Assembly: GCF_963853765.1 (NCBI RefSeq)
Contig: NC_088859.1
Span: 18,724,001 to 18,788,000 of the forward strand
Length of the DNA stretch: 64,000 nt
Source: Magallana gigas
Taxonomy: Eukaryota
Direction of reading: 5' to 3'
Below are positions 11,370 to 25,493 of the stretch, piece by piece. Position 1 is the first letter of the stretch. Each line of letters starts with the position of its first letter. The notes beneath the pieces were generated by a model, which was not told the DNA's origin, searched no databases, and saw only the letters and a list, made by a program, of their open reading frames with translations. A program made the position numbers and the translations under genes.

Positions 11370-11850
11370 TTTTCCGATGAATCGGGAAAAGGGCGCTATT
11401 GGTTATTCTTAACACGTATGTACTAAAATGCTATGCAAACAGTTTAAACCAGCGATGACAACATTACGTATTCCTACTTGCCTTTGTTGCGAAATAAGCG
11501 CATGTAATTTAGAATTACCTCCCTTAAACGCATGCATTTTTATCATGATTTATGTAATAAATGCTTTTAAAGAATATATTTTTTAACTTAAATAATTCAA
11601 GTATTAGTTTTATACGTTTCGTTATAAAATGTTTATAAAAGTGTTTGTTTATTTTAGCTTTTATAATACGTACAAATCAATATTTTTGAAAAACACTCGA
11701 AAGACGTCGTATATGTAATGGTATGTAAATCGATGTTGCTCCGTGCGCGGTATAGCATCTGAAATTCATGGACTAAAGATATTCATGGATTCTGTAATAT
11801 TTGCAACGTGTTCAGAGTAATCGACGGGTTACGGCTGAACACGTCAATAT
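11370..11850 (+). repeat. Diverged duplicated block, copy 1 (copy 2 at about 13315-13760)
   Basis: Shared collinear motifs tttcc(c)gatgaatcgg, aaacagtttaaacc, acctccctt, atttatgtaataaatgc, aacgtgttc and cgacggg. Confidence 0.6.
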
Positions 11851-12099
11851 AGAAAAATTAAATAGGCAGATCACATAGGAATAATGTGTACGACAGGAAT
11901 GATTTGGCATCTCTATTGGAAGGGTGTGAGCACATGTCCTACAGCTGTACGAAAATTTAGGGGAGTATAATAAGTTATGACTATTACACTTCTGTTTTGC
12001 GATTTAGAGAGCTTTTGTCGTCCATCCAATTCTGTAGGCAATATATCAAATTGTAATTTTATAGGATTGCTAAAATGCCATGAATAAATCCATCAAATT

Positions 12100-12800
12100 T
12101 TAAATTTATAGGATTGATATATGATGCCATGAATAAATCGATTTTCCTTGTTTGATATTTCATGTGAAAAAACACAGAGTTAGAAAAAATTTCTTTGGCC
12201 AAGTGTCACAATTCGATTGGCATAAATTTCCAAAGGAAGAGAAATTTGTAATTTTCGAGGGTCAATTTCTGGTGCTTTGGAAGAACATTGAGAACATAAG
12301 TGATTCAGTTCTACATAGATTAGGAAGAACTTGCGAATTTTCGCAAATAAAGTGCTGAAGTTTGTTAATTAAGTTGTTGACGATATGACTGATTCGTGTG
12401 TTTCCAAAGTTCGCATTCGTAGAGAATTGACAGAAGGACTATGGGCTGAAGAAGGTGGGACATTGTCATGGGATTAAAATATTTTGATTCTATAACAGAT
12501 AATCCATAGTAGGGTTTTTGGCTTTACTCTTGCTGAACGCTTCCGGGATCGTAGTTGACAGTTTGATTTTTGAATGAATATTTTTAATGCTTAAAAATAC
12601 ATGTGCACTCAGGTGCCAAAGTATGTCAATATTTTTTTTCACTTTATATTTTATTGAAAACCAACATTTTTCGAAGAACGGTAAAAAGTATCCAATGGAC
12701 CGATTTTTAAAAGACTTGAATTGATAAATTTTGTATTTCTCTAGCATTTCTTTTTTTTGCATCATATTTAAATATTTTTCCAAACTCTGGTTTAGGCTTG
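12100..12800 (-). pseudogene. Decayed non-LTR retrotransposon (L2/CR1/RTE-like) ORF2 C-terminal fragment
   Basis: Broken minus-strand translation KP-YYGLSVIESKYFNPMTMSHLLQPIVLLSILYECELW...HLAKEIF resembles the LINE post-RT motif (LNP.T...Y...V.P..LYGCELW); multiple stops and frameshifts. Confidence 0.55.
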
Positions 12801-13314
12801 CATAATGCAAGAGATATATAGCAGAGCTCTTACAAAATATCTTTGTGTTGTGTTTGAAATAACAAATTTTACAAATGAGTTGTCAAAAAACTGTTCCAAT
12901 GCTTGTTAAAAAATTCAAATGAATCTACTTTAATCAGATTAAATTTCTTCAAATCTGACAAAAAATTACAACAGAAAACCATTTTAAGATAAGTCTTGTT
13001 TTCAATGAAATATATAGGGGAAAAGAAAAAAAATTGACATACTTTTGGCACGCGAGTGTAGTTTTACAATTTTCCTCTCTAGTAAATGTAAAACGAGTTT
13101 GGCCAAGATACATGTTTCGTATGAATTTGATGTCCAGGTTATTGCTATTTGCAGGGAAAATCAACACACAGGATTTCGGGGACGACTACAGTTATATCAT
13201 TTAATTTAATTATTTATGAAAAATTCAATCTTAATGGCATTAAACTTCTCATTTTTTAATTAAGAAAAATTTAAATCTATACCTAATATTGCTTTAAAAA
13301 AAAAAGGGAAACAT

Positions 13315-13760
13315 GTGTTTCCCGATGAATCGGAATTCGGCGCTATCAATCATTCTTATCGTGGTGTCTATACCCAAATGTTATGTAAACAGTTTAAACC
13401 TACCTTTGCGTAGTATACACATACGATTTAGAGTAACCTCCCTTGAACGTATGCGCTTTTATCATAATTTATGTAATAAATGCTCAATCAAATTATATCT
13501 TTTGTTTTAAATAATCCAAGAATTAGTTTTAAACGTTTTTGTTACAAAATAATTACAAATATTTATTTAATTTAAGCTTGTTTAAAATGTTTAAGTGAAT
13601 AGTTTATTAAAACACTTAAGAGACTTGATTTAAGTCTTAGTATATGAATCAATTTAACCCAATTCCACCTCGCATTCGAAATCCATGCAAGTTTGGTTAA
13701 TTTTGAAACGTGTTCTAGGAACCGACGGGTGACAACGAACACGTAAAATCAATGGAAATA
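13315..13760 (+). repeat. Diverged duplicated block, copy 2
   Basis: Collinear similarity to 11370-11850. Confidence 0.6.
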
Positions 13761-16183
13761 TTAGATGTTAGAAAACGTGACATAATATACACACCGTATT
13801 GTAATGAGCCTTCCTGTCATACTTATCGTCAATGTTGTCACTGGCTTTTTCTTAACGTTGCACTGTTGTTACTTGTTACACGTACTTGATTAAAAAAAAC
13901 GGGAATGTAGAAGACAACAAAGTAGAATTTTAGTATCACAAGTCGGAGATCTCTTGAAAATGAGAACGTTGAAGGATATAAAACCTAAGAAAAGTTATCA
14001 CGCCTGAAACTGCAAACTCGATGTCTGCATACCATAAATTAAATCGCAATATCTTATTTTGACCTGCTTGATTTGAGGTAAAATCCGAATATTGTGCAAT
14101 TCTCACGAAGAGAAATACCCGGTATTAAAGCTCTATTATATATAAAGATCGAATGATAGAGATGCATTTTTTTAAAAATATGCATGTATGTAAATTAAAT
14201 CGGTATACTATTAAACACACTGTGTAAGATTATAGTAACATATATATTACATGTAATGATCACAATTTTCTCTAACAAATATAATAAATTATATGTTAAT
14301 AATACCTCGTTATTTTTAGATATGCTTGGTACGTGGTGGTAAAATTTATCGGTTTTCACACGTGTGCTATATACACGTAATCAGCTAATACGGTGTATAT
14401 GCACGTCTTCTTTCTTAAAAAAAATCAGGGGTAGTGTGCTGGAGTAGTTTCTTCGTTTTATATTTATATGAATTCTCTAGCTGGTCTTTGAGTACAGGGT
14501 GTAAATAAAAAAGGTAAGTCTTTCACCCCAGATGTCAAATACAGCTTGCCCACAACATTATAACAATGCAAGGCAATTAAGTCCTTAAGAATTCCCCGGG
14601 GGGGGGGGGAGGCGGCAGAATTTTCCTGGATAATGCAAAAACATAGGCACATAGGACGTGTCAAATCCGTCGCACCCAGGATGTTTATACGAAAAATGTA
14701 CCTGTCAATCTTTATACGAAGGCATCCGTACACGTGAGATGAAGTACTGCTTTCTCGGACAAAACAACAACGGCACATAAATACATGTACTTACTTTTCT
14801 TTTTTGTTATAGCTAAAATTTTATTTTCTTATCAGTGCAAGTTTGTTTCAGTGCTAGCGATATTGGCATTACAGGCCATGAACACTATGTATTTGTGGTC
14901 TTTATTAGCATGATCATAATTTTCAGTTTTTCAAAATTATCCTTTTTTGTGTTAAGAATTAAAATTTTGTTAGTGTTTTCAAAAAAAGTGCAAGCGCAGA
15001 AATTTGATTGAACACGCCCATCATTTAAGCATGCAACCATTCCCTTGCTCTTAAGGTTTACCACTCTGCTACAAAATTCTCAAAATAATTCTTTGATGTA
15101 AATTTTCACAGGTCACTATATTTTGTGATCAAAAAAATATATTTATTTGAATGCCTAATGCGGTTCTTGTATTCTCAAAAAATTGATGATCAGCATATTC
15201 ATGATAGGAAGAAAACATCACACACTGTTCAGAAAAAAAGAACTATATTTTTATTTTCAGAGAATAACATGAAAAACATACCATATATAACATCAATAAA
15301 TGGTATCACAATCAATAAAATGTAGGGAGGCGGTGCTTCTTATGTCATAATATTTCCTTTAATTTATTTAACGTTTATTTGTACGAGTTACCTCTCCTGA
15401 AAAACAAAGGTAGAGAAGTTATATCATGATATAAATGAATATATTTATTTTCTTTGTAAAACGAATATAAACACCATTTTGGCCATATTTTTCTAAATGC
15501 TTTTTCTAAATAATGACACCTGATAAAGATTTTTGGGCTGTATTTCCGGAAATTAGGTTGTTTGAAACAAGGATTATCAAGGTTCAAGTTTAAATTACAT
15601 TATGTGACCTGCTGCAGCGCTTTACAGTCTTCAAGTGCATCGTATGTGGGATTTTGACGTTCAAAATACAAGAAACTTTACATCCTGATACTAGCTATCC
15701 GAAGAACGCTAAAATGTAACAAGATCCGCATTTATCTTTAATCTCTCTTATCGGAATATCTAACCTTAAAGATAGTGTGTCTACGTACAAGCCTTCCGTT
15801 TTCACGCTTAGTTACAAATACATGTACATCATGCACGCTCATCACGAGGAGCTTAAATTTTCGAAAAAGTGAATATCTTTTGTTGGTTGTTAAAGAGTGT
15901 ATAACAAGGATGTTAATTTATTGTGAAAACACTTATTTTGATCGATTTATGCGTCTAGACTCCATTAATAAAAGGACTGAAAAAACTTCTATAACTAAAC
16001 GCATTTTCGTATTAAGTCTAAAATGCTAAACCCATTTATACCTAAATTTTTCAAGTTAGCACGGCTATATGGTAACCTTAGTGTTGAAAATTTCGACAAA
16101 AAATGTCATGTTGCTAAATGACATCTATAACTTGTATATATAAATAACAAAAGTTCGTAATTTAAATTGGCCTCATTTATACT

Positions 16184-16187
<4 letters not shown>

Positions 16188-16239
<52 letters not shown>
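16188..16239. repeat. (TA)26 microsatellite
   Basis: Direct reading. Confidence 0.98.
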
Positions 16240-16240
<1 letters not shown>

Positions 16241-18381
16241 TAAGATTGCTTCCCTTAATTTCTAAGGGAAATTGATTTTAATTCATACATGCTTGCCTAT
16301 AGTCTGTATCAAGATATTTGTGCAGCACATTTTCGTAAAAATTATTTGGTATTTATAAATATCTCAGGGTTCAAACAAAATTTATTCAATAGTAAGAACA
16401 AATCCAAAGATTTTCGTCTTTGAAACGCCCCCTCTAGCTAGTCAAGTTTCTAAACACGGCTAAAAATAAAAAAGTCTTTGGGGATTTTATATTGCAATAG
16501 AAATGAAAGTATCTGTCTGATAGAATTGAAAACTTTTGCGAGGTATTCCGAGTGACTTTTGAATAGAGAAAAGATGTACAAATTTCCCATTTTAAATATC
16601 GGGAAGAAATCTGCCTTTGAATTTTCCGAGTGAAATTTAAAAAATAATGTGTAAGTGAAGATAAATTGGATTTTTCCCTTTTATTTTATCAATTTTCTAT
16701 TAATTTAATTAATAAATAAGTTGCATAAATATTTTGGGAAAGAAAGTAGACAGAAATATACGCGATCCATAATCAAGTTGTCTGCTTAGAAATTTCTGCA
16801 GTCTTTTATTTTCAACACCGTTGTAGATGCATTACTTAGCTTTTAAGATGTCAACTTAAATTCAAGCAGCAATAATTTATCATTCTACATCCTTCACCGA
16901 TGACTTCCGTATACCTTTGTTACATGTATAAGTACTCATTTCTTTCTTGATTGATCGAAACTAAGCTCAACGAAGGGCTATGATGAAGCTATCATCGGAG
17001 AAAAAAAATGGGCTGCGTATTATTTCTCTGCAATGCAATGCTTATCTACCTTCATACCCACATGAAGCACAAAATAAACCATTTTATCGTGTAAATATCT
17101 AATTCAAACATGTGTATAGACCCTACAAGAATAAATAAGACTATCATTACTAGGTGTGGAATCGTTCGTCTGTATTTTCCATATAAACCAATTTTAAGTT
17201 AGAAAGTTATAAACTTTCGCCTATTAAAATTATTTACACAAGCAGAATAGGTCTGTTTTCAAAGTTAGAAATATTTAAAGTATATAAATATAATTTCTTA
17301 ATGGGCATACAAAAAACCCCCGTAATGCATCATTTGAAGGTTTAGGAAAAGGAACCGTTTGGTTTCGTCCCCCGAATGTTTGGATTTATTCAACCCGCAT
17401 GTTATGCATCGATTGTCAAGAACACAACCTTCAGATAGTATAGTGAAAAAATGTACACAAGTTTATATTTGATTTTCCAGAATATTATTCATATTGAGAG
17501 TATGTTAAAAACCATGTCAAAGTCGTTCTACAATCATCCGAGCCCCGACGTCAGGGGAATTTCAACGTGAGGCGAAGTAAGTCGTTTGTTTTGTAAAAAG
17601 AATATAAATTTGTACATCATTTTTTTCATTGAAATATGGCTTAATTGACCGGAAAAACTACTGCAATGTCTATTATTATACACATAATCAGCAAAACCAA
17701 CGTTTAAAATCGTTCACAAAATTTGATATCAAATCATACGAAGCAGCTTTAAGTAATCAATGTTAAAGCAAGTTGCCTTTTCTGACGTTGCATATCTGTT
17801 AAAATTCAAATTGATATTTAATCCATTTTTGGAAAGTCCTTCGACATACCTCGACGATTCGAACTGAAGGCAATGGAATCAGCCGAGTTATATTTAACTT
17901 TTTTACAGTATGACGTCAGTTCGTGAAGCCCGTGCAGTTTGTGCAGTCCTCACTCTAATGGTAGCTTATTATAAACTAGATGGAACACGAAGTAAGCAAT
18001 TTAATATATACCCCTCAAATGTAATAAATCATAAAGTAAGACAAAGTTTGAACAAATTTAACATTATTTACTGAGTATTTTAACATAAACATTATCACAT
18101 AAAAATAACATACTGCTAAAAATTGGTTTGAAGCAATACGTTATATAATTTATCACAAAAACATTTACCATACTACAGTTACATGCATTCGTAAAATGTT
18201 TTAAAAACAATAAAATCTGACCGCATTTGTAATAAAGTTTAACATGTTAAAAGAATATGAAAAGAATGTTCTATAAATACCAGATCTTGCCAGTTTGTCA
18301 GTTGAGTCAAGAATTAAAGAATCTTTTTGTAAAAAGAAAAGAAAACACACACAAACAACTAGGTAAATTTTGTCTCTAGAG

Positions 18382-18449
18382 CATCGTCGCAAACCACGGT
18401 TTTGAGATGGAGAGAATCGATGTGAATCACACGTGGGTCACCGACGATG
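18382..18449. mobile_element. 68-bp mini fold-back element, CATCGTCG termini, 9-bp TSD
   Basis: catcgtcgcaaaccacg ... cgtgggtcaccgacgatg, flanked by tctctagag / tctctatag (8/9 match). Same terminus family as 61843 and 56171. Confidence 0.7.
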
Positions 18450-20091
18450 TCTCTATAGAGACCTATAGGAGATCTTTTTATAAAATCTCACTTACATTAG
18501 ATACATTAAATTTGGACACCTGATGAGGCTTACATTACTGTCGTAACACTCTACAACTACCATTATAACTACATGTATTTCTTCAATATTATCATGATGC
18601 AACATTCAGGTGTGGTTTAGAGTGTCGGGTCCTAATAATTCAATATCAAGTCTGGTTGATTGATGTTGTTTATTTTAGACATATTTTCGTTTAAAAGATA
18701 AAATCCTAAAAAATAAATTTGCCGTCTCTCATGATCTTAAAACTTGGTTTTCGTTTTATCAAAAACTTTGTATGTTAATACATGTATTTGTTTAAAAAAA
18801 GAATAGATAAAATGGAAAAAATTAAGGACAACAACATACAAATAACTGCAAAGAGCAATATATTTGAAGTGACAAGTTATGGAAGAAAAGTGACATGTAG
18901 TGATATTATCAAACGGTGGCGCCGTCTTTTGAAAATAGTGGGCAGTTTATTAAAACCAGCACCTTGAATATATGGCGTGTTTCCAAGGATCTGTCTTAGA
19001 GGGGGCTGAAATAAGTAATATAATACGGCAAGTATCTAAGTAATACACCAAAACAGCAAGATTAAAAACCCGTGAATGACATTTATCATCTCGTTGCAGC
19101 TTATCATTATTAAGAAATGCGAATAGTTAAAAAACAAACATGGATGTAACTTTGCTTTCCATTTGGAAACACTAAAGAATTTGATATTGTTAATCAAACA
19201 CGTGTTTGAATATAAGTTAGACGTTACTTTCTAAAGGTTATGCAAACAGATAGGCAGTTTTCCAAGTTCCCCGAAGTTCAAGTTGCTCAAAATAGACAAC
19301 ACACCAACAGTCAAAGGCAAAGATAAAATTAAAAACTGCCTGGTTGAGGTGAGTGTCAGCGGTTTGCCCCTGAAAACGGTCGCTTTGTCCTGATTCTGTT
19401 AACGTAATAAGGGGCACCTCTTGATATTGATGTGGAAAAAGTACATTTTCAGCATTTTAGAATTTTTTAAAATTTACAATATTTGACCAAAATATATGTA
19501 TAAAAAAATTTCTGGAGAGGTCAAATTTAGCAAAGCAACAACGTGTATTTCGAAATAATGACATACAAATTCGTAGTTACCGATCCAACCAATCGGTTGG
19601 GATTTCTTTTTAATATATAGAATATCAATATACTATTTTATTGTTTATTTCGATATATAGGAAATATGTCACACTATGGAAGTGTCCCATTCCATCTTAA
19701 AAATCACGCCATTCGCGGGGCTAAATATGACAAATACATGTATCACCCTTTTATATATTCTACCATGAAACGAAAGAATAATTTCTTTCAACGAGAGTTA
19801 CCCCTTTTTCATAGGATCATTGCACCGCAAGTCACGATGACAAATGAAACAAATTAACCTGGTTCCAATTGTCGGTGGTACGAGGTAATAAGTCCGCTGA
19901 CTAAATACATATGTAGATGTCGCTGAACCGGAAGTTGATGTAGAATAAATGTTTCTATCACTTTAATAGTTATGAATCAAACAGCGATATCGATAATATT
20001 TGATAATCTGCATTGTCGTTGTATTATTACATATTTGTATTGAACGTTATATAATATCTAAATATATTCGATATCTTTGTCACGAATTTGT

Positions 20092-21043
20092 CTAAACTTC
20101 AATTTCTTCATTTTGTTTGTTCGTTGTACATGTCGAACAGCAAATGTTTTTTATGGCTGTAGTGGCACTCTTTAAATGACGTTGAACACGCAGTACCGCT
20201 ATGAAATATATGAAAGGACTCAAAATAGAGTTTATTAACCAGGCAAACTGCGCAGCCACCAGAAGTTTCCCCTCCAAACTTCGTAAACTGTGCAACGACA
20301 AAATATAACAAAGCAGAAACAGAATGGCCGAGGACATGTAGGAAAAGAGAATAACAGAGGTCACCAGAGACATTTTGATGATATTGTTTTCAACGTTACG
20401 TTTGTTAATAGATCGTTGTTCCAGTTTGCGGGTCTTCCGTACGTGGAAAGCCACAATCAGGAGGGTAGGGATGATAATAAGGTAGACTCTAAATGTTACG
20501 ATCACGTAGATGGGTGACTGTATACCAGATTCATATCGAAGCAAGAAGTACAAAACAGCAAAACACGCACTCAGAATCCACAACACTGCTGATGCCCCAA
20601 TTAAGTGTCGCATGGTGATCTTGTTAAACTTGATTGGCTCTGAAACCATGTAACTTCGGAGTCCGAACAGCAATACCACGTGGGCTGCGCTCGAATGAGT
20701 GGCGCCATAAAAGACGATCAGAAACACCTTGCAGGGTAGATCTCCAAGCGTAAAGTGGGTGTCATCTATTCTTGCATGAATGAAATACAGACACAAGTTC
20801 ACGAGATCCGTGAATATTATAGAGCCGATGACATAAAACACCGTGCGATGATATGCCTTGTCGAACACGATTTTAGAGAGCGTGAGCACATTTCCGACAA
20901 TTCCAAAAATAGATATAACGAGGACCATCTGAATATGAAGATCATTTTCGCTATGGAAATAAACTGGTATGTTTTCTGAAAGATCTACAAAACTCCAATC
21001 GGTAAAGGAAGAATTTGTCATGTTGTATGTACTGTTCAGATCA
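20092..21043 (-). CDS. Rhodopsin-like (class A) orphan GPCR 1, exon 2; 321 aa with exon 1
   Basis: Seven hydrophobic segments with GN (TM1), D (TM2), C3.25 exactly 25 residues before R3.50, W4.50 and N..SPFIY. Acceptor ttttcAG|T at 21044 is phase 2. Confidence 0.92.
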
Positions 21044-21845
21044 CTGAAAATAAAGCAGAAATTGATGACATTAATATTTTTAATGAATGTTCATTAGTAA
21101 AACAAAATAAAAAAATTTTTATTTTATGGATGAAAGTTTTTTTTATCTGTTTTTCAATGTTTTGCAGGAGGTTACATAAAAATACTGAATAGTAACATTT
21201 CTGAGAATCATACATTGGAATTGTGAATTACAACTGAGACAAAAATGTGAACTATCTTAAAATGTTTACATCATGTAGGGGAAAATATTCTCAATATGAT
21301 TTTTTTTAAAAATTTTACATGTATATTAACTAACAAAAGTGGTTATATGGCTCTAAAAGTCAAAGTTACATGCATATCTATCCTATAGCACACGTGTAAC
21401 GTTGACTTAATTTTTTACAATCATTTGGAAACTGCGCCTTACAAAAGTGAAATTATGTAGTACATTTTTAAGGTACTACCATTTGTGATTAAAAAAAAAA
21501 AAGCAATATGATATTAATCGTGATGATCATAACTTCTTAAAATCGTGAAACTCCTCCCCCAACTAAAAGTGGGGCCCGAAAGTGAGCCAAAGTTTATCAT
21601 ACAAATGTATAAAATAACCCAATCATGCTAAAAAGTGCAATAAAATCGGAATTAACCTTTTCATACACGCATATCTTACATTGTAAATATTATATCAAAC
21701 TAGAGAAAAAAAACCAAGCATGTATATATTGGTATGAAAAGAAAATAGATATTCAATATCACCCATGCAACAACTTGTTTCCATACCTCGCTGAAGGTGC
21801 AGAGAAAACAAAGAGGGTATGTAAAATAAGTTTCGAGTTTTTCGC

Positions 21846-24121
21846 TTGTTCTGTTCTTTTCTACTTTTAACATATTAGCAGAGGTTTATAAAAAAGACCA
21901 GGGATAGAATACAAGAGAAAAAAATCTACTTACTTATATTGAAGCATGGTAAAGCTGGTATAATGTGTATCAGAACAAATTTCTACTTCACAAATCGTAA
22001 CACTCTATGTCTGTGATGCATATAAACACTGGCAGCTGATGCAAAACGAGATATATCGTATAAGAAAAAAACCTTCTCTGACGTAATCGATTTTAATCTG
22101 ACAGCGCATCATAGATTATTTTCCCCGTTTTAGAATTCAATACCAGACTTCACATCGGAAAAACATCGATTATATTTTTTTTCAACTTACAATATAAATG
22201 TATGACATTTTGATTATCAGCTTATTGATTCTAAACTTAGATATACTACATAGATACCATATTAATTTTCTTGCCTATACATGTAAAACGAGTGCAAATA
22301 ATGAAGAATAACAACTCAGAATTAAAATATACTGATTGTCATTACGTATTAAACCAGCAACATTTTTGTCCTGCAGCTCTTTTATGATATACATTTTTTC
22401 TCGCGTAAATAGTTATCAAGCAGTGTTCATTGGTTTCGCTGTATATAAATGAAAATGTCAGTATGTTAATCTAAAGAGTTCAGATAGCGATAGTTGATTT
22501 GCAATTGAATAATAACACATTAATACGATGAAGGGCACCATGAAGTATTGCTTTTCATAAACTTGCCGAGAATTGGTGGATAATGCCATCAATATTATTT
22601 TCATTGGTCAGTCATTCAATTTTCCTTTTTTATATTAAATATTACGGCTGCAACATATTTACTGTAATTAACAAGAAAATGGAAAATAAGCTTCATGAAC
22701 GAGTCTATCATACTTAATTAGAGAGGTCAAATGGCTGAAGCAATTTTTTTTTAGACTATTTTAATCTCCTTAGAAAGAAAAGCTCTGTACTTCGATGTAT
22801 AAAATGTAAAAAATTATAACATAAAATATTCGAATATTTTCTTTACTAAAATATTACTTACGGCCAAAATTAATCCTCCTTTTCCTTACCCTGGCACAAT
22901 GATGTAGCGGTTCATGTTACATAGAAACCGACAAGTATAGGACATGTACACTTGTGATGTCTGCATGTATTCTAAATGATTCATTTATAGGTCATATCGC
23001 AGATGTATGCAGCTTTATACAACACCATCTAGCAAATATATTAGTACAATGAACACATTTACACCACCAAAACGTGATTCGCGTCTTACTAGCTTATGCT
23101 AGTTGTCCAAAAATATATTAAGTTTGGTAATTCAGCGTTCAAAATTGAGATCAGAAAGATATTTTCACCAAGCCCTTTAAGGATATTGTACTTTGAGGGT
23201 AATATAAAATCGTCTTGGTAGTAAGTAAAGCACAGCACCAATTGTAAATTAATTCGTTAATTGATTGTTGACAAAAACTTATCAAATTGAGTCTCGTTAA
23301 AGCTATGCATGCCCAGATGATTTATTAAGTTTGTTTACAGCTGTTGAATATTTGATAATTCTATGTCACTAGTAATGTAAAGCAATGTAATTGTATTGAA
23401 TCTGGGACCAAATGGTTGATAAACATCTAGCATATGCATGCGTTCAGTGAAAATCAAATGGGAGTGAAAGCAAATCCTATGATACTTTCACCTGCAGGTT
23501 TATAGAAATTAAGAGAATATGCTAATTAAATTGATGGAACCGAGGACGCTAAAGATAATAAACATGAAATCAATGAAGAAGTACATCAAAGACATCTGTG
23601 AGTCACAGAACTAATCATTTATAGGGTAGCCGACATTCCCACCAACGTCCCAAAATGTCAGGTATATTAATGGCAATAAAGGCGCAATGGAAATTATAAA
23701 CCCTTTGAGTTCATACGAAGATGCCATTAAAGACCATCATTTAGAATCCCTTGAAAAAGAAACAAAAAAATTGTCATTCCCCAAGGAATTTGGAAGACCA
23801 TTGGACAGATTACACTGCCAATGCCAGAAGTAGCCCGCTTAAAAATACCAAATGACAAGACGTAATGGCATACAATAGATAACGTTTTTTCTGTTAGCTT
23901 TGACGTCATTATATTCCAAGCAGTTTTGATTGCGAGGTGGGTGTACTTTGTTTTGTAAATCAAAAAACACAAAAACTGTTTAATTTGATTATTGTTGAGC
24001 CCAATGTTCTCGACATACTTAATGCTGCCGATCACTATGTACTTATAAGATTCGCACAATGAAGTTAACTTTATCAATTTTTCCATGGAGAAGGTTTACT
24101 GCTTCATACTTGTGGGTTGTA
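21846..24121. repeat. Segmental duplication block 'GPCR upstream', left copy (paralog about 43920-48750)
   Basis: Collinear similarity, e.g. ggtttataaaaaagaccagggatagaatacaag, cactggcagct, ctctgacgtaatc, agaatcccttgaa and gattcgcac...gttaactttatcaatt. The right copy carries an extra ~2 kb near 46400-48300. Confidence 0.85.
21934..21947 (-). CDS. GPCR 1 first coding micro-exon (14 nt, MLQY-N)
   Basis: ATG CTT CAA TAT AA|GTAAGT; phase 2 joins T GAT CTG AAC in frame; 890-bp intron. Confidence 0.8.
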
Positions 24122-24660
24122 GACGTCACAAATTGATATAAACTGTTTCAAGGATGAATCACATATAGAAGAATTTGGGGGCCCAATAAACAAAAAATCG
24201 TCCAAAATGTGTACCATCCGAGGTATCCCAAACTTTTTACAAGCAATCCACTCTAAAGCTGTGCTAAAGGATTCAAATTTGGAGCACGATATAGAACACC
24301 CCATTGGGAGACACTTGTCATAATAAAACCGGTCTTGAAACTGAATTCCTAGAAGTTCATGGTCATCTGGATGAACGGGTAATATTCGAAATCCTGATGC
24401 AATATCCGTTTTTGCTAGCAAACATTCTCTTCCCATAGTTTTAATAATACTAATTGCATCATCCACAGTTGTATAGAACACTGAACATAAATCGTCTGGT
24501 ATAAAATCATTTATAGAACTGCCCTCCGGATAAGACAAATGATGAATGAAACGAAATTCATTTACCCCTTTTTTAGGAACTAAACCAATTGGCGAACACT
24601 GAAGATTTTTGAAAGGAGGAACAACAAAGGGGCCTGCAATTCCGTTCATGGATATTTCTT
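24104..24660 (-). CDS. Reverse transcriptase fragment of a tyrosine-recombinase retrotransposon (Ngaro-type DIRS)
   Basis: GIAGPF, SPIGLVPKK, FRFIHHLSYP, KTDIASGFR, LPMG and HILDDF motifs. Truncated at about 24122, with no RNase H or YR downstream. Confidence 0.9.
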
Positions 24661-25079
24661 TTTGTAGTGTTGTTTTTTATCTTTACATTAATCTGAGCCG
24701 CTATAGGAGTTGATAACAATTGCTGTTCATCGTCTGAATCTACCTCATCACTATCACTGGAATCTGAACTATCTAAGCCAGATTCACTTTCACCCGAGGA
24801 GGTACCTGATGAGACTGATCGTACACTGTCCCTTTTTCGCTTACGGCCTCTCTGGCGACTGCGACCCCGTTCCTCAGTGGGTGTCTCTTCATTTTTCTCC
24901 TCCTCATTTCTCCTCTCTTCTCTCAAAGCTTGCTGTACGTGCTCTGTTACTGCTGCCACCAGCTGGGGTTGAATCGTCTCCGCCTGATTTTGTGCTGCCT
25001 GTTCTGCGGATCCAACTGCAGCTTCCACGTTGTTCACTCTCCTTCCCCTCGGACGCCTTCCGCCGGATGGGACACTCAT
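24660..25079 (-). CDS. gag-like ORF1 N-terminus of the same element, fused to RT by an internal deletion
   Basis: Basic, then Ser/Asp-rich, then PIAAQINVKIK (resembles the DIRS/Ngaro ORF1 P..x.V..KIK motif). It abuts LQKEISMNGIAGPF in another frame. The ATG is directly preceded by gcattttAG. Confidence 0.6.
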
Positions 25080-25493
25080 CTAAAATGCATTATGTACACA
25101 CTAGTATATTCGAATGCAATTAATAAAAAGCGATATACACCATGTGCCAGACACTTGAAGGAATCAGTATTTAGCGTATAACTTATTATATGTTGCCATA
25201 AATAAACAAATGCATAAACTATTAAAGTTTCTCAAATAATTGCATGTACTTCACCAAGTTCAAATAAAAATGTAATAAACATGCAAACATTAAACTGATC
25301 ATTTGTATCAAAGAAATGCTATCCTATCAATTAGTATGGCATGGCATAACACTTTACTCTGATGTCTTATGAATTCCTGCTTATAGAGGAATTTGCCAGC
25401 GCAAACTATGTATTACGCAATATAAGAACTCTAACATGTATTTTAGAGTCTAAACATTAATTGATTTACAAATCTGGTTTGTTGCATGTTAAT

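Noticed and set aside
22079-22086. TGACGTAA CRE-like motif conserved upstream of GPCR 1 and GPCR 2 (44148)
   Set aside because: It lies within a generally similar duplicated block, so its conservation is not distinguishable from background by eye.
24020-24121. Shared reading frame YL(Y/*)DSH..VNFIN..M.KVYC.ILV.C in both spacer copies (also 48650-48750)
   Set aside because: One copy has a stop, substitutions are not clearly synonymous-biased and no domain is recognised; explained by the duplication alone.
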